Part shown: piece after piece, positions 9,751-18,446 of the stretch
How the letters are laid out: the number at the start of each line of letters is the position of its first letter
How positions within the stretch are numbered: the stretch's first letter is position 1
Source of the DNA: a virus
Lineage: Duplodnaviria > Heunggongvirae > Uroviricota > Caudoviricetes
Virus record (IMG/VR): IMGVR_UViG_3300033074_002207
Strand: one strand, 5' to 3'
DNA length: 64,000 nt
Position numbers and translations under genes: made by a program
The notes under the pieces: generated by a model
The model's input: only the letters and a program-made list of their open reading frames with translations
Databases searched by the model: none
Told to the model about the DNA's origin: nothing

Positions 9751-10277
9751 TGAACGTATTACGATATGAAAATAGCAAGGCGGAAATCTTAGCCGATATT
9801 CAAGCGCCTAAGATTTTCTTAGCGGGACCGACTGTTCGCGGGAATCAACCACACTTAACTTCTTGGAGATTTGAAGCTATTGAGCTTTTTGAAAAGATGG
9901 GGTTTAAGGGCGAATTGATTGTTCCAGAATTTACAGTTCGAACAGAGTCGGACAAAGGTAAGGACTGGATTCCTATTTGGGAATTCACCGGGCTTCAAGC
10001 CGCTGATGTTATTCTGTTCTGGATTCCTCGCACAAGAGAGTTGATTGGACTCACCACCAACTATGAGTTGGGTTATTGGGTGGCTAGAGAGCGCGAAAAG
10101 GTGATTTATGGTCGTCCTGATGACGCATATCGAATCAGCTATCCTGATATTATGTGGAAGGCAGATGCTAAAGAAGGGGAGTCGGTGGATATCTACAATA
10201 CCCTTGAAGACACGGTAAGGGCTGCAATAGATTTAGCCACCAAGCGTTATATTATACGAACAGTTGATTTCTCATAA
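9750..10277 (+). CDS. nucleoside 2-deoxyribosyltransferase-like protein
   Basis: KIFLAGP...E signature near the N-terminus; size 175 aa. Confidence 0.4.
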   Translation: MNVLRYENSKAEILADIQAPKIFLAGPTVRGNQPHLTSWRFEAIELFEKMGFKGELIVPEFTVRTESDKGKDWIPIWEFTGLQAADVILFWIPRTRELIGLTTNYELGYWVAREREKVIYGRPDDAYRISYPDIMWKADAKEGESVDIYNTLEDTVRAAIDLATKRYIIRTVDFS

Positions 10278-10297
10278 AATGAACATCTTAAATTATC

Positions 10298-11251
10298 ATG
10301 AAAAAGACACAAAACCGAAACTTCTTTTATGATGAGCGCTCACTGAACTATTCATTTGGTGAAAAGCACCCATATAATTCTTTGCGCCTGAAAAACGCTG
10401 TGAACAACATTCAGTCTTACGGATTGGAATGTTGTAATTTTGAAGATGCTTCAGATGAAGACATGCTCTCAATTCACACCAGTCAATATATTGAACACTT
10501 AAAACAATGTTCAACCGGGGTGAAGATGGCATTTAAGTATGGAATTGGCGATAGTGATACACCCTCGTTTGAGGGCATGTATGACGCATGCCGAGCAGTC
10601 GCAGGTGCAACCAAGGCAGCAGCAGATGTTTTGTGTCGAGGCGATAATCTTGCATTCAACATGTCTGGTGGTTTGCATCATGCCCGGACTCATCGCGCCA
10701 GCGGATTTTGTGCTGTTGATGATATTGCGCTCGGAATCAACACTTTGTTGACTCGATTTGACAAAGTGGCATATTTGGATATTGACCTACATCATGGTGA
10801 TGGAGTTGAGGAGCGATATTTTGACAACCCACGTGTGTTAACAGCAAGTGTTCATCAGTTTGGATTCGGTTTTTACCCTGGCACTGGCGGTGATTCTGAA
10901 GATGGAAATTATATTAATGAACCACTGTTCGCCGGGACCAATGGTAAAGATTGGCTTCAGGCAGTATCGAGGCTAATTGATGGCATAAAGGCGTATAACC
11001 CAGAAGTTCTTGTGTTGCAATGTGGTGTAGATGCACATTATTCCGACCCACTTGGTTCATTAAACGTCACTGCAAAAGAATGGTTTGATGCGGTTCAACG
11101 AACAAGAATGCTAGACAAACCCATGTTGGTGTTGGGTGGTGGTGGATATGACCATAGAAATCCCGCGAGAATGTGGGCTGCTGCCGTTTTATCTTTGTGC
11201 GATATGGATTATGATGCCACCTGGCTCGATGATGACAGAAATTCCTCTTAA
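10298..11251 (+). CDS. histone deacetylase-family (HDAC/AcuC/APAH-type) Zn-dependent deacetylase
   Basis: DIDLHHGDGVEE and GGGGY motifs; CGVDAHYSDPLG. Confidence 0.8.
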   Translation: MKKTQNRNFFYDERSLNYSFGEKHPYNSLRLKNAVNNIQSYGLECCNFEDASDEDMLSIHTSQYIEHLKQCSTGVKMAFKYGIGDSDTPSFEGMYDACRAVAGATKAAADVLCRGDNLAFNMSGGLHHARTHRASGFCAVDDIALGINTLLTRFDKVAYLDIDLHHGDGVEERYFDNPRVLTASVHQFGFGFYPGTGGDSEDGNYINEPLFAGTNGKDWLQAVSRLIDGIKAYNPEVLVLQCGVDAHYSDPLGSLNVTAKEWFDAVQRTRMLDKPMLVLGGGGYDHRNPARMWAAAVLSLCDMDYDATWLDDDRNSS

Positions 11252-11267
11252 TCAAGGAAATGAGATT

Positions 11268-11310
11268 TTCCTCAAAATCAGTTGACAAATCATAAAAGGC
11301 TGGAGATAAT
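11268..11310 (+). promoter_or_regulatory. strong sigma70-type promoter: TTCCTCAAAAT upstream box + TTGACA-17-GATAAT, driving tRNA transcript
   Basis: ttcctcaaaatcag ttgaca aatcataaaaggctgga gataat; shares about 75 bp with the promoter at 27459. Confidence 0.7.
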
Positions 11311-11316
11311 AGAAGT

Positions 11317-11412
11317 ACAATGAAACTTGAACGCTGTGAGAGAGCGCTTTAAGAAACCGAATCTCCTTCGGACACGCGCCTCTCTCATTAAAAGAGAATA
11401 TAGCAGATTTAT
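11317..11412 (+). ncRNA. structured 5' leader / small RNA preceding tRNA (conserved start acaatgaaRcttgaacgc, large hairpin with UUCG tetraloop)
   Basis: gagagagcgc...gcgcctctctc stem; tccTTCGgga. Confidence 0.3.
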
Positions 11413-11489
11413 GGCGGCGTAGTGTAACGGTCAGCATACCACCCTCTCAAGGTCGGAGATTGCGGGTTCGAATCCCGTCGTCGCTACCA
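11413..11489 (+). tRNA. tRNA-Glu(CTC) (hand-folded)
   Basis: acceptor ggcggcg/cgtcgct, anticodon stem ccacc/ggtcg with loop ctCTCaa, T arm gcggg-ttcgaat-cccgt, CCA encoded. Confidence 0.6.
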
Positions 11490-11507
11490 AAATCTCAATC
11501 AACACAC

Positions 11508-11583
11508 GGGGCGGTCGTCTAGCGGTATAGGATTTATCCCTTTCAAGGATAAGAGCGGAGTTCGAGTCTCCGTCGCCCTACCA
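11508..11583 (+). tRNA. tRNA-Glu(TTC) (hand-folded)
   Basis: acceptor ggggcgg/tcgccct, anticodon stem tatcc/ggata with loop ctTTCaa, CCA encoded. Confidence 0.6.
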
Positions 11584-11647
11584 AATTGATTTAATCAGAT
11601 ACTTGTAGTTTAAAGGTGAGCACAGTTCTTTTAACGAAAGACTAACC

Positions 11648-12151
11648 ATGCCTATATGCGATAAGTGTCAATGTTCATTTCCAAATCATGTTGTAGTTGA
11701 TGGTGTGCAAAGAAATCTTTGTAAACGTAGATTTTGTCTTGTCTGCTCTCCTTTTGGAAAGCGTAATAGACTTGATTTGACCAAACTCAAAGATGGAAAC
11801 AAAATTTGTAAAACATGTGGTGTGTTTAAACCAGCGGATGAATTTTATGTTTATAAAGGAGGAAACAAATTAAATCCACACTGCAAGGTGTGTATGAAAA
11901 AGAAAGTATTGGAACAACAAAGAGCATTAAAACAAGCGGCATTAGAATATCTTGGCGGTAAATGCGGTAGATGTGGTTATGATAAATACAGTGGTGCTTT
12001 GGTGTTTCACCATCGTGTTGAATCTGAAAAATCATTTGCAATATCTATGAAACGAGGATATTCTTTAACTGGTGAGGTTAAAGCCGAACTTGATAAATGC
12101 GATTTGGTTTGTGCCAACTGCCATGCAGAAATACATGGCGAAATACAATAG
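11648..12151 (+). CDS. HNH homing endonuclease with N-terminal zinc-ribbon
   Basis: GKCGRCGY...FHHR...CDLVCANCHAEIH. Confidence 0.75.
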   Translation: MPICDKCQCSFPNHVVVDGVQRNLCKRRFCLVCSPFGKRNRLDLTKLKDGNKICKTCGVFKPADEFYVYKGGNKLNPHCKVCMKKKVLEQQRALKQAALEYLGGKCGRCGYDKYSGALVFHHRVESEKSFAISMKRGYSLTGEVKAELDKCDLVCANCHAEIHGEIQ

Positions 12152-12156
12152 AATAT

Positions 12157-12232
12157 GGCCCGTTCGTCTAATGGTCAGGACACAACTCTTTCAAGGTTGG
12201 AACGAGGGGTTCAATTCCCCCACGGGTCACCA
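12157..12232 (+). tRNA. tRNA, anticodon TTC (Glu-type) (hand-folded)
   Basis: acceptor ggcccgt/acgggtc, D stem gtct/ggac, anticodon stem caact/ggttg with loop ctTTCaa, CCA encoded. Confidence 0.55.
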
Positions 12233-12239
12233 AATTCAT

Positions 12240-12317
12240 GCTGGTGTCTTCTAATTGGAATAGGAACCCTCCCTTTCAAGGAGTGCAATGCGGGTTCGAG
12301 TCCCGTCATCAGTACCA
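12240..12317 (+). tRNA. tRNA-like, anticodon loop ctTTCaa (Glu-type), weaker anticodon stem
   Basis: acceptor gctggtg/catcagt, T arm gcggg-ttcgagt-cccgt, CCA encoded; anticodon stem has one mismatch. Confidence 0.45.
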
Positions 12318-12392
12318 AAATTTATATGGCTCCATCTTCTAAGGGTAGGAAATAAAGAAGGTGTTACTTGGTTCATTCTTGAATATTATTGT

Positions 12393-13124
12393 ATGAAAAA
12401 AAGAACATCTATTATTTGGGAAGAAAGCACGGATGATTTTGCGAAAAGAGTAGAGTCCTGTGGAACAATCGCTGGCGTACTTCGCTCGTATAATCTGGCG
12501 ATGTCGGGCAACGGATATAAAGTTGTTAACGAAAGAATTGAAGCAGATGGTTTATCTCATTTGATTCAACGTGGGTTGAATAACAGGCTCGGGAAGCCTG
12601 GGGCGAATATTGCTCGTCCATTAAGCGAAGTATTGGTTAAAAACCGACCAACATCATCTCACAATTTGAAAAACAGATTGGTTAAAGAAGGTGTGCTGGC
12701 GTATGAATGTGTGAAATGTGGGAATAACGGTATGTGGATGGGTGAAAAAATATCTCTACACTTAGACCATATAAACGGAGACAGAAACGATAATCAAATA
12801 GAAAATCTAAGGATTTTATGTCCAAATTGTCACAGCCAAACCCCAACACATTCTGGCAAAGACAAAAGGGCAAAGTGCCGTGATTGTTTTAAAATTATTA
12901 CAAGTCATCAACAACAGCGATGTCAAGCTTGTGCCAATAAATTGTTGGTGAAACGCCCGATGAAATTTGATATTTCAAAAAGCGAATTGGAAAAACTTGT
13001 GTGGGAGAAACCCACAGAACAAATTGGAAGAGACTTTGGTGTGTCTGGCAATGCCGTAGCTAAAAGATGTAAAAAACTTGGAGTTGACAAACCACCGCGA
13101 GGATATTGGTCTGGCAGCAAATAA
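12393..13124 (+). CDS. HNH homing endonuclease with C-terminal DNA-binding (HTH-like) region
   Basis: LHLDHINGDRNDNQIENLRILCPNCHSQT; start moved to the internal Met because the ORF-track start overlaps the tRNA. Confidence 0.7.
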   Translation: MKKRTSIIWEESTDDFAKRVESCGTIAGVLRSYNLAMSGNGYKVVNERIEADGLSHLIQRGLNNRLGKPGANIARPLSEVLVKNRPTSSHNLKNRLVKEGVLAYECVKCGNNGMWMGEKISLHLDHINGDRNDNQIENLRILCPNCHSQTPTHSGKDKRAKCRDCFKIITSHQQQRCQACANKLLVKRPMKFDISKSELEKLVWEKPTEQIGRDFGVSGNAVAKRCKKLGVDKPPRGYWSGSK

Positions 13125-13157
13125 TCGTGAGTTCAATTCTCCGTGGAGTCACCAGAA

Positions 13158-13186
13158 ATCCTCAAAATCTTCGGCGCGTGTATAAT
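13158..13186 (+). promoter_or_regulatory. promoter: ATCCTC-17-TATAAT
   Basis: atcctc aaaatcttcggcgcgtg tataat. Confidence 0.5.
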
Positions 13187-13247
13187 ATCAAAGTTGAATA
13201 GTTTTGACCAGATTGTTGGGGTTGCAAACCTAACAAGCCTCGGAAGT

Positions 13248-13340
13248 ACAACGAGAGAGTCAAATGCGGAGCAGTGTAGTTTAATGGTAGAACGCCCCCG
13301 TGTGGGGGGCGGTGCGGGTTCGAATCCCGTCGTTGTTCCA
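13248..13340 (+). pseudogene. non-canonical tRNA-like element (5-nt anticodon loop, G5/C5 stem); possible degenerate or intron-containing tRNA
   Basis: acceptor acaacga/tcgttgt, T arm gcggg-ttcgaat-cccg; ccccc-gtgtg-ggggg in the anticodon position. Confidence 0.3.
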
Positions 13341-13345
13341 ATAAA

Positions 13346-13807
13346 GTGTATAACACTTTTACTATGGAAAATCATATTAAAACTGTTCGACATGCATCGG
13401 TTTCACAGCTTAACAAAGCAAAAAAGAAATTTGAGTCTTCGGGTAAATGGATAGTTATACCAGCAGATGATGCTACTCGTCTATGCAAAGGGTTTGTAGC
13501 CTTCACAGAGGATGATTCGCTGCCAGAAGAGAGTCATTACGCTCCAATGTATGATGGCAATGATGCACCATGCTCTGTTATAGAACATGATACTTTTTAC
13601 AGCTATATACTGTCAAAAAATAACTTTTCAAACCTAGAGGGCACTGTCACAATTCCGTGTGATTGTCCCAGAAAATTGATGCACGGTTTTGTTGTTTATC
13701 CACATCGAGAATGGCATTGCATCGAGCTTAAAAAAATCACCCACTTAGATAGACAGAGTTCGGGTTTTCAACAAATGTTGCTAGAGCGCGAGAATCGCAC
13801 AAAATAA
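13346..13807 (+). CDS. hypothetical protein
   Basis: 153-aa ORF. Confidence 0.45.
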   Translation: MYNTFTMENHIKTVRHASVSQLNKAKKKFESSGKWIVIPADDATRLCKGFVAFTEDDSLPEESHYAPMYDGNDAPCSVIEHDTFYSYILSKNNFSNLEGTVTIPCDCPRKLMHGFVVYPHREWHCIELKKITHLDRQSSGFQQMLLERENRTK

Positions 13808-13826
13808 TCTGGTATACTAATCGCTG

Positions 13827-14069
13827 ATGTTTAGCAACTATTTCAAATGGCGTCTCAAAAAATCATTTGTTCTTGCCTGGGCAAACAACTCGTTTTTTAT
13901 CTGTTTTTTGTTTTTAGGCATGGTGATTGCTGATTTGGTGATGGGGAAATATACCAAAGCAACATTCTTGTCTGGAATGTTGCTTTTTTGGTTTGTTATG
14001 ATAATTGCACTGTCATACGCATTTGTGCCAAGACAATATAGGTATCCAGGAGAAGTAAATGAACGATAA
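13827..14069 (+). CDS. small membrane protein
   Basis: two hydrophobic helices. Confidence 0.4.
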   Translation: MFSNYFKWRLKKSFVLAWANNSFFICFLFLGMVIADLVMGKYTKATFLSGMLLFWFVMIIALSYAFVPRQYRYPGEVNER

Positions 14070-14430
14070 TCTTGTTATTCCCGACGACGCTAATATTGAC
14101 TGGTGGCTTGAGCATCAGTTAAGTATCATGGATGAATCCAGTAAATCTTTGATTAAGGGCTTAAGCAGTCCAAAAGATATGGGTAAATTTCATCATGGGA
14201 CTGGAACCGCAATTCGTAACCATTATGGATTGTGGCATCAAAATGGATTAACCAAGTTCTTTAACGAGGAATTTGGCGTTTATCATGGAGATGATATTAG
14301 TTCAATTTTGTTAGAAGCATTGTGGCACCGCATCCATGATAAAGAATATGACCCACAGCCCACTATTGAGCGTTTTAAGCAGCACTGGGAGCAAATGGGC
14401 TGTGATATGAAAGGAGAAAAAAATGCCTAG
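14059..14430 (+). CDS. hypothetical protein
   Basis: 123-aa ORF overlapping its neighbours by a few nt (operon-like). Confidence 0.45.
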   Translation: MNDNLVIPDDANIDWWLEHQLSIMDESSKSLIKGLSSPKDMGKFHHGTGTAIRNHYGLWHQNGLTKFFNEEFGVYHGDDISSILLEALWHRIHDKEYDPQPTIERFKQHWEQMGCDMKGEKNA

Positions 14431-14695
14431 ACTTGAAATGTGGACTACCATTGATATTAACGGAGAGCTATCCCTTGCAGGTTATGTCTATGACGATGAG
14501 CGCAAAATACCAGAAAGCTCACAATATGCTGACGGGCACCGTCTTGTTACTAGCAAGGTATTAAAACTAGATAGGGAAGTCAAAACAGCACAAACTCGAA
14601 ATACTTTATATAGCTTAGGCGAAGAGCTTAAATCCGATGAAGTGCTTACAGCGGAAAATTTTGATTTATTAATGCCCCGAATCGCAAAAAGTTAA
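14423..14695 (+). CDS. hypothetical protein
   Basis: 90-aa ORF. Confidence 0.4.
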   Translation: MPRLEMWTTIDINGELSLAGYVYDDERKIPESSQYADGHRLVTSKVLKLDREVKTAQTRNTLYSLGEELKSDEVLTAENFDLLMPRIAKS

Positions 14696-14741
14696 AAAAG
14701 ATTCCGCACGAGTCAAGCTATCTTCCGAATATAGTATTGTA

Positions 14742-14927
14742 ATGGAAGAAAACACACAACTTTATCGACGTGCGCTTATATTTGTGGTAAAGCAAATGAC
14801 TGAACAACAGCGAGACGAACTATTGAAAAGATGCCCAGAGTATTTGTTTGGATGTCTTCTTGGAGCAAAAATGGTGGCGAATTTATCCTCAAAATCAATC
14901 ACGCAGAAATATCCAACCAATGGCTAA
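14742..14927 (+). CDS. hypothetical protein
   Basis: 61-aa ORF. Confidence 0.3.
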   Translation: MEENTQLYRRALIFVVKQMTEQQRDELLKRCPEYLFGCLLGAKMVANLSSKSITQKYPTNG

Positions 14928-15279
14928 ATCTGTTGATATCTATGAAATTATCGAATCATGTGCCAAGCATAGTGATATCTTCGGTTTTCATCTAGCCCGC
15001 GTTGTTCCAAAAAACAATCAAAAAATGCCCTATATGGATGCAAGAGAGATTATTGACAACCACGAATGGGGAACACATGGTGAAAGCGGGAAGGAGCCAC
15101 TTACCAAAGTGTTTCTTATTAACTGTGAAACCAATCATCTTAAAAATATCTTGCGAACACAGCCGCAAATCACAGCTTTAACCACATTAGTGATTATGGC
15201 GATTTTAATGGAGCGGGGAGAAATTTCTAAAACTAGCAATGTCATTAAAATTTCCTCAAAATCTAAACAAACGCCATAG
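14920..15279 (+). CDS. hypothetical protein (start at the Met overlapping the upstream stop, ATGGCTAA)
   Basis: in frame with ORF-track entry 14848..15279. Confidence 0.35.
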   Translation: MAKSVDIYEIIESCAKHSDIFGFHLARVVPKNNQKMPYMDAREIIDNHEWGTHGESGKEPLTKVFLINCETNHLKNILRTQPQITALTTLVIMAILMERGEISKTSNVIKISSKSKQTP

Positions 15280-15287
15280 AAGTCATT

Positions 15288-15686
15288 ATGCATAATAGTA
15301 GATTGTTTAGTGACGTTCAATATGACGCTCTTGATGCTTTTACAAAGGGGTTGATGTACGAAATCAACAGAGAGTCTTTGTCACATTCGCTACACACCAT
15401 GCTACAACTAGGGGCAGTAGTGGAGCGCCATGTGCTCAAGGCATTAAGCCATGAATGCCAACTAGAACATTCTGTGCTTTTGGCATATTGTATCAACCAC
15501 CCGCAGCTTTCAAAATGGTATTTGACCACCGACAACAGATATGCCGACTTCTTTATGGAGCAAATACCTATTGAACCACCATATATCGAAAATCCTGAAG
15601 GCTTTGCATGTTTGTGGGGCAACTTGGCATCTCAAATGATTGGCGTCATTATCGGGAACATACGAGAGGAAGGATTAAGTGGTTAA
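15288..15686 (+). CDS. hypothetical protein
   Basis: 132-aa ORF after the TTCCTC promoter at 15252. Confidence 0.45.
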   Translation: MHNSRLFSDVQYDALDAFTKGLMYEINRESLSHSLHTMLQLGAVVERHVLKALSHECQLEHSVLLAYCINHPQLSKWYLTTDNRYADFFMEQIPIEPPYIENPEGFACLWGNLASQMIGVIIGNIREEGLSG

Positions 15687-16254
15687 ATCAGTCGAATTTC
15701 TAAAAGATTGGCGTTGCTTTAAAAAGGGTGACAAAATCGAACTAAAGCCAGGAATTAACCTTTTGACTGGCGACCAGGGTTGTGGCAAATCATCACTACT
15801 TCTCATGTTGAAGAATGATGGTTTCTTGTTAAATGACAAAATAGCTGTTGTTGATGCGCCAAGCGGAACAATATCATTTTATCTAGATTTTGAGAAAGGG
15901 AGTATCCGCACGATGGATATTAACGCAGCAGACCATATGGGTATTTCCACTGGCGCTGTTTTGGTAAATATGTTTTGCTCTCACGGTGAATCGGTGAACA
16001 CTACCCTGAGAAGCATGCCAAAAAAATCTGGCGCGGTAATGCTGAACGATGAACCAGACATGGCTTTGTCCATTCGCAGCATTCGCAAGTTGCACCAACT
16101 ATTTACAAAGCATGTCGAGGAATATCAACAGCAAATCATTGTTTCATGTCATAATCCTTACCTAATGGAATTGGTGGGCGAGGTATGTTCGTTGGAGCAT
16201 CGAAGGACTATGCCATATTTCGAGTTTAAGAATCTAATGGAGGAAGAAAAATAA
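15679..16254 (+). CDS. small P-loop ATPase (ABC/AAA_15-like: Walker A GDQGCGKS, Walker B LNDEPD)
   Basis: motifs in the translation. Confidence 0.55.
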   Translation: MVKSVEFLKDWRCFKKGDKIELKPGINLLTGDQGCGKSSLLLMLKNDGFLLNDKIAVVDAPSGTISFYLDFEKGSIRTMDINAADHMGISTGAVLVNMFCSHGESVNTTLRSMPKKSGAVMLNDEPDMALSIRSIRKLHQLFTKHVEEYQQQIIVSCHNPYLMELVGEVCSLEHRRTMPYFEFKNLMEEEK

Positions 16255-16758
16255 ATGGGAGTAAGTTATCGTTCAGTTGTAGTGGCAGGGGTTCGTTTTA
16301 GAGACTTAAAGCCAGTAACACGCAAAGAAGATGTCACTGTTGTCCGATATGACACAATTACAGGAAAACCATACGATGTTGTGATTGAAAAATGGTACAC
16401 AAAAATTGGCAACATCGAAATCGAGGGCAATTTGCGCGATGTTCTTAAGCGATTTTGTGAAGATTTTGAGTCAGAAGAAGAAATGAAAAATGAATTTGGG
16501 GACTCACTTCCCTCATGCTGGAGTGGCTCTTATGTATCTGATATTAGGTATGACAATGACCTGTTAGACCAAATTGTCATTGGATATCGCGCTTCTAAAG
16601 GACATGCTTCGTCTTGGGACGTTAATCAAATGATTCATGAATTTGAGCATGATGATGTTTTAATGGCAATGACAAGCATAGAAAATTGGCTTGTTGAAAT
16701 TGGCGCAAACGAGCGCATCGTGCCAAGCCTATTTGTTGTTCAGTCTGCGTCTTATTGA
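16255..16758 (+). CDS. hypothetical protein
   Basis: 167-aa ORF. Confidence 0.45.
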   Translation: MGVSYRSVVVAGVRFRDLKPVTRKEDVTVVRYDTITGKPYDVVIEKWYTKIGNIEIEGNLRDVLKRFCEDFESEEEMKNEFGDSLPSCWSGSYVSDIRYDNDLLDQIVIGYRASKGHASSWDVNQMIHEFEHDDVLMAMTSIENWLVEIGANERIVPSLFVVQSASY

Positions 16759-16774
16759 GGTATAATGACATATT

Positions 16775-16933
16775 ATGAAATCTAATCAAGATGTATGTCA
16801 GTGTGAATGTCATCAGGACATGTATATCATACACGATGCTCCATGCTGCGAAAAATGCAAGGGCTGTGGTCAAATGATAAATCTTTTTGTGTGGGATGCA
16901 CACAAAACACGATGCAATAAGGAGAAACAATAA
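16775..16933 (+). CDS. small Cys-rich (zinc-binding) protein, 52 aa
   Basis: CQCECH...CCEKCKGCG; TATAAT at 16761; not in the ORF track (below 60 aa). Confidence 0.35.
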   Translation: MKSNQDVCQCECHQDMYIIHDAPCCEKCKGCGQMINLFVWDAHKTRCNKEKQ

Positions 16934-17223
16934 TGTATTGCATGCACTTAAACGAACCAGTTGTAAAAAATATCAATTGCCGATTTTCAGACGATAAGGC
17001 TTGTGTTATTGTTGCTAAAACAGAAAAAGCTCTAGTAGACTATTTTAAAGAACTCAACTCATTTCGTCAGTTCGGCACTCCTATAGAGACTGATTTTACA
17101 CGACTCGCTGGATATGCCACATGGTGCGGTAAAGTGGCATTAATAGATGACAAGGAAATCTTCATCACCCATGTTTTTTGGGCTGAAGATGGGAAAATCG
17201 AAGAAATTCCTCAAAATACTTGA
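16933..17223 (+). CDS. hypothetical protein
   Basis: 96-aa ORF (TAATG overlap). Confidence 0.4.
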   Translation: MYCMHLNEPVVKNINCRFSDDKACVIVAKTEKALVDYFKELNSFRQFGTPIETDFTRLAGYATWCGKVALIDDKEIFITHVFWAEDGKIEEIPQNT

Positions 17224-17248
17224 CATCCGCTTATAAAGAGGATACAAT
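17207..17248 (+). promoter_or_regulatory. promoter: TTCCTCAAAAT box + TTGACA-17-TACAAT
   Basis: ttcctcaaaatac ttgaca tccgcttataaagagga tacaat. Confidence 0.6.
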
Positions 17249-17254
17249 AGGGAT

Positions 17255-17432
17255 AGGAAAAACCAAACACTATGGAAACCAACGCACGAATCAATATGGA
17301 GAACGCAAACGGCAATGCTATGCTATTGCTTGGTCTCTTGTTACTTCGCGCTGCTGACTGTAGTGTGTAATCGAATGTGTTAGAGAAACCAAACGAGAGC
17401 CCCGGTCAGCAGAAAGTTGACCGGGGTTTTTT
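17255..17432 (+). ncRNA. short transcription unit (possible sRNA or 33-aa peptide METNARINMENANGNAMLLLGLLLLRAADCSV) ending at a strong terminator
   Basis: from the 17207 promoter to the 9-bp stem ccccggtca/tgaccgggg + T6 at 17400-17432. Confidence 0.3.
17400..17432 (+). terminator. intrinsic terminator
   Basis: ccccggtcagcagaaagttgaccggggtttttt. Confidence 0.75.
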
Positions 17433-17474
17433 CTATTTAGAACATTGATAATTGCATAGTGGTGAAAGTAATAC

Positions 17475-17563
17475 GCAGATGTGGCGAAATTGGTAGTACG
17501 CGCTAGTCTCAGAAACTAGTGCCCTAATAAGGCGTGGAGGTTCAAGTCCTCTCATCTGCACCA
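17475..17563 (+). tRNA. tRNA-Leu(CAG), type II long variable arm
   Basis: acceptor gcagatg/catctgc, Leu-type D arm tggcgaaattggtag, anticodon stem ctagt/actag with loop ctCAGaa. Confidence 0.65.
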
Positions 17564-17565
17564 AC

Positions 17566-17651
17566 GGGAATATGGCGAAATTGGTAGCACGCGGCAAGCT
17601 CAAACCTTGCTGGAGAAATCCGTGGGGGTTCAAGTCCCTCTATTCCCACCA
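17566..17651 (+). tRNA. tRNA-Leu(CAA), type II
   Basis: acceptor gggaata/tattccc, anticodon stem gcaag/cttgc with loop ctCAAac. Confidence 0.65.
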
Positions 17652-17658
17652 AGTTTTT

Positions 17659-17742
17659 GCGGGATTGGCGAAATGGTATACGCGCCAGGTTTAGGTTCTG
17701 GTGGAGCAATCCGTGAGAGTTCGAGTCTCTTGTCCCGCACCA
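17659..17742 (+). tRNA. tRNA-Leu(TAG), type II
   Basis: acceptor gcgggat/gtcccgc, anticodon stem ccagg/tctgg with loop ttTAGgt. Confidence 0.55.
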
Positions 17743-17749
17743 AATTTTT

Positions 17750-17837
17750 GGTCTTCTGGCGAAATTGGTAGCACGCGGCATCCTTAAAAGTTGTTGTCAG
17801 AAATGGCGTCTCGGTTCGAGTCCGAGGAAGACCACCA
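17750..17837 (+). tRNA. tRNA-Leu(TAA), type II (one anticodon-stem mismatch)
   Basis: acceptor ggtcttc/gaagacc, loop ctTAAaa. Confidence 0.5.
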
Positions 17838-17845
17838 AATTTAAT

Positions 17846-17934
17846 GCGAACGTGGTGAAATGGAAGCACACGCTAGTCTTAGGAACTAGTCCGTAGCCAA
17901 TCGGGTGAGAGTTCGAGTCTCTCCGTTCGCACCA
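17846..17934 (+). tRNA. tRNA-Leu(TAG), type II
   Basis: acceptor gcgaacg/cgttcgc, anticodon stem ctagt/actag with loop ctTAGga. Confidence 0.6.
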
Positions 17935-17941
17935 AATTTGT

Positions 17942-18018
17942 GCTGCATTGGTCAAAATGGTAAAGGCAACAGGCTCAGACCCTGAAATCTGAGAGTTCGA
18001 ATCTCTCATGCAGCACCA
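17942..18018 (+). tRNA. type-I tRNA with Gln-like D arm and anticodon loop ctCAGac (CAG, a Leu anticodon); non-canonical
   Basis: acceptor gctgcat/atgcagc, D arm gtcaaaatggtaaaggc, 4-bp anticodon stem cagg/cctg, short variable loop. Confidence 0.4.
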
Positions 18019-18020
18019 AT

Positions 18021-18097
18021 GCTCCTCTAGGCCAACTGGTAGAGTCACATAGCTCAAACCTATGCAAGTCTCGGTTCGAATCCGGGGAGGAGCACCA
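18021..18097 (+). tRNA. type-I tRNA with anticodon CAA (a Leu anticodon) in a short-variable-arm scaffold
   Basis: acceptor gctcctc/gaggagc, anticodon stem catag/ctatg with loop ctCAAac. Confidence 0.5.
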
Positions 18098-18100
18098 AAT

Positions 18101-18177
18101 GTCGCGTTAGCCAAATTGGTAAAGGCAACAGGTCGAGAACCTGAAATCTGAGAGTTCGAGTCTCTCACGCGACACCA
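18101..18177 (+). tRNA. type-I tRNA, near-duplicate of 17942 with anticodon loop tcGAGaa (GAG; C at position 33) - non-canonical
   Basis: acceptor gtcgcgt/acgcgac; differs from 17942 mainly in the acceptor and the anticodon loop. Confidence 0.35.
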
Positions 18178-18184
18178 AGTTTTT

Positions 18185-18271
18185 GCGGATGTGGCGAAAT
18201 GGTAGCACGCGCAACGTTGAGGGCGTTGTGGGAGAAATCCCGTGGAGGTTCAAGTCCTCTCATCCGCACCA
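18185..18271 (+). tRNA. tRNA-Leu(GAG), type II
   Basis: acceptor gcggatg/catccgc, anticodon stem caacg/cgttg with loop ttGAGgg. Confidence 0.6.
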
Positions 18272-18343
18272 AATGTCCCGTCAGAGTGTGATATCCACTC
18301 TGCGAAGTCAAAAAACAGATAGGACGCTATCTATTGACCGGAA

Positions 18344-18435
18344 AGCGGGAAGATGACTGTGGCGAAATTGGTAGCCGCTGGCCGTGACGAGCGGTCTGCT
18401 GAGATAAGAACAGCGTGCAGGTTCGAGTCCTGTCG
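18344..18435 (+). tRNA. type-II tRNA-like with non-canonical anticodon loop (tgacgag) and an A1:C72 mismatch; identity unresolved
   Basis: Leu-type D arm, long variable arm, T arm gcagg-ttcgagt-cctgt, CCA encoded. Confidence 0.35.
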
Positions 18436-18446
18436 GTCACACCATT

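Noticed and set aside
13133-13454. Overlapping ORFs 13133..13393(-) and 13143..13454(+)
   Set aside because: They cover the tRNA-like element and promoter region, and their translations are Gly/Pro/Arg-rich from GC-rich RNA structure. Unlikely to be coding.
17433-18168. Minus-strand ORFs in the six-frame track overlapping the tRNA array (for example 17797..18168, 123 aa)
   Set aside because: They are reverse-complement read-through of tRNA genes, repetitive Pro/Arg-rich low-complexity translations, with no promoter or RBS. Spurious.
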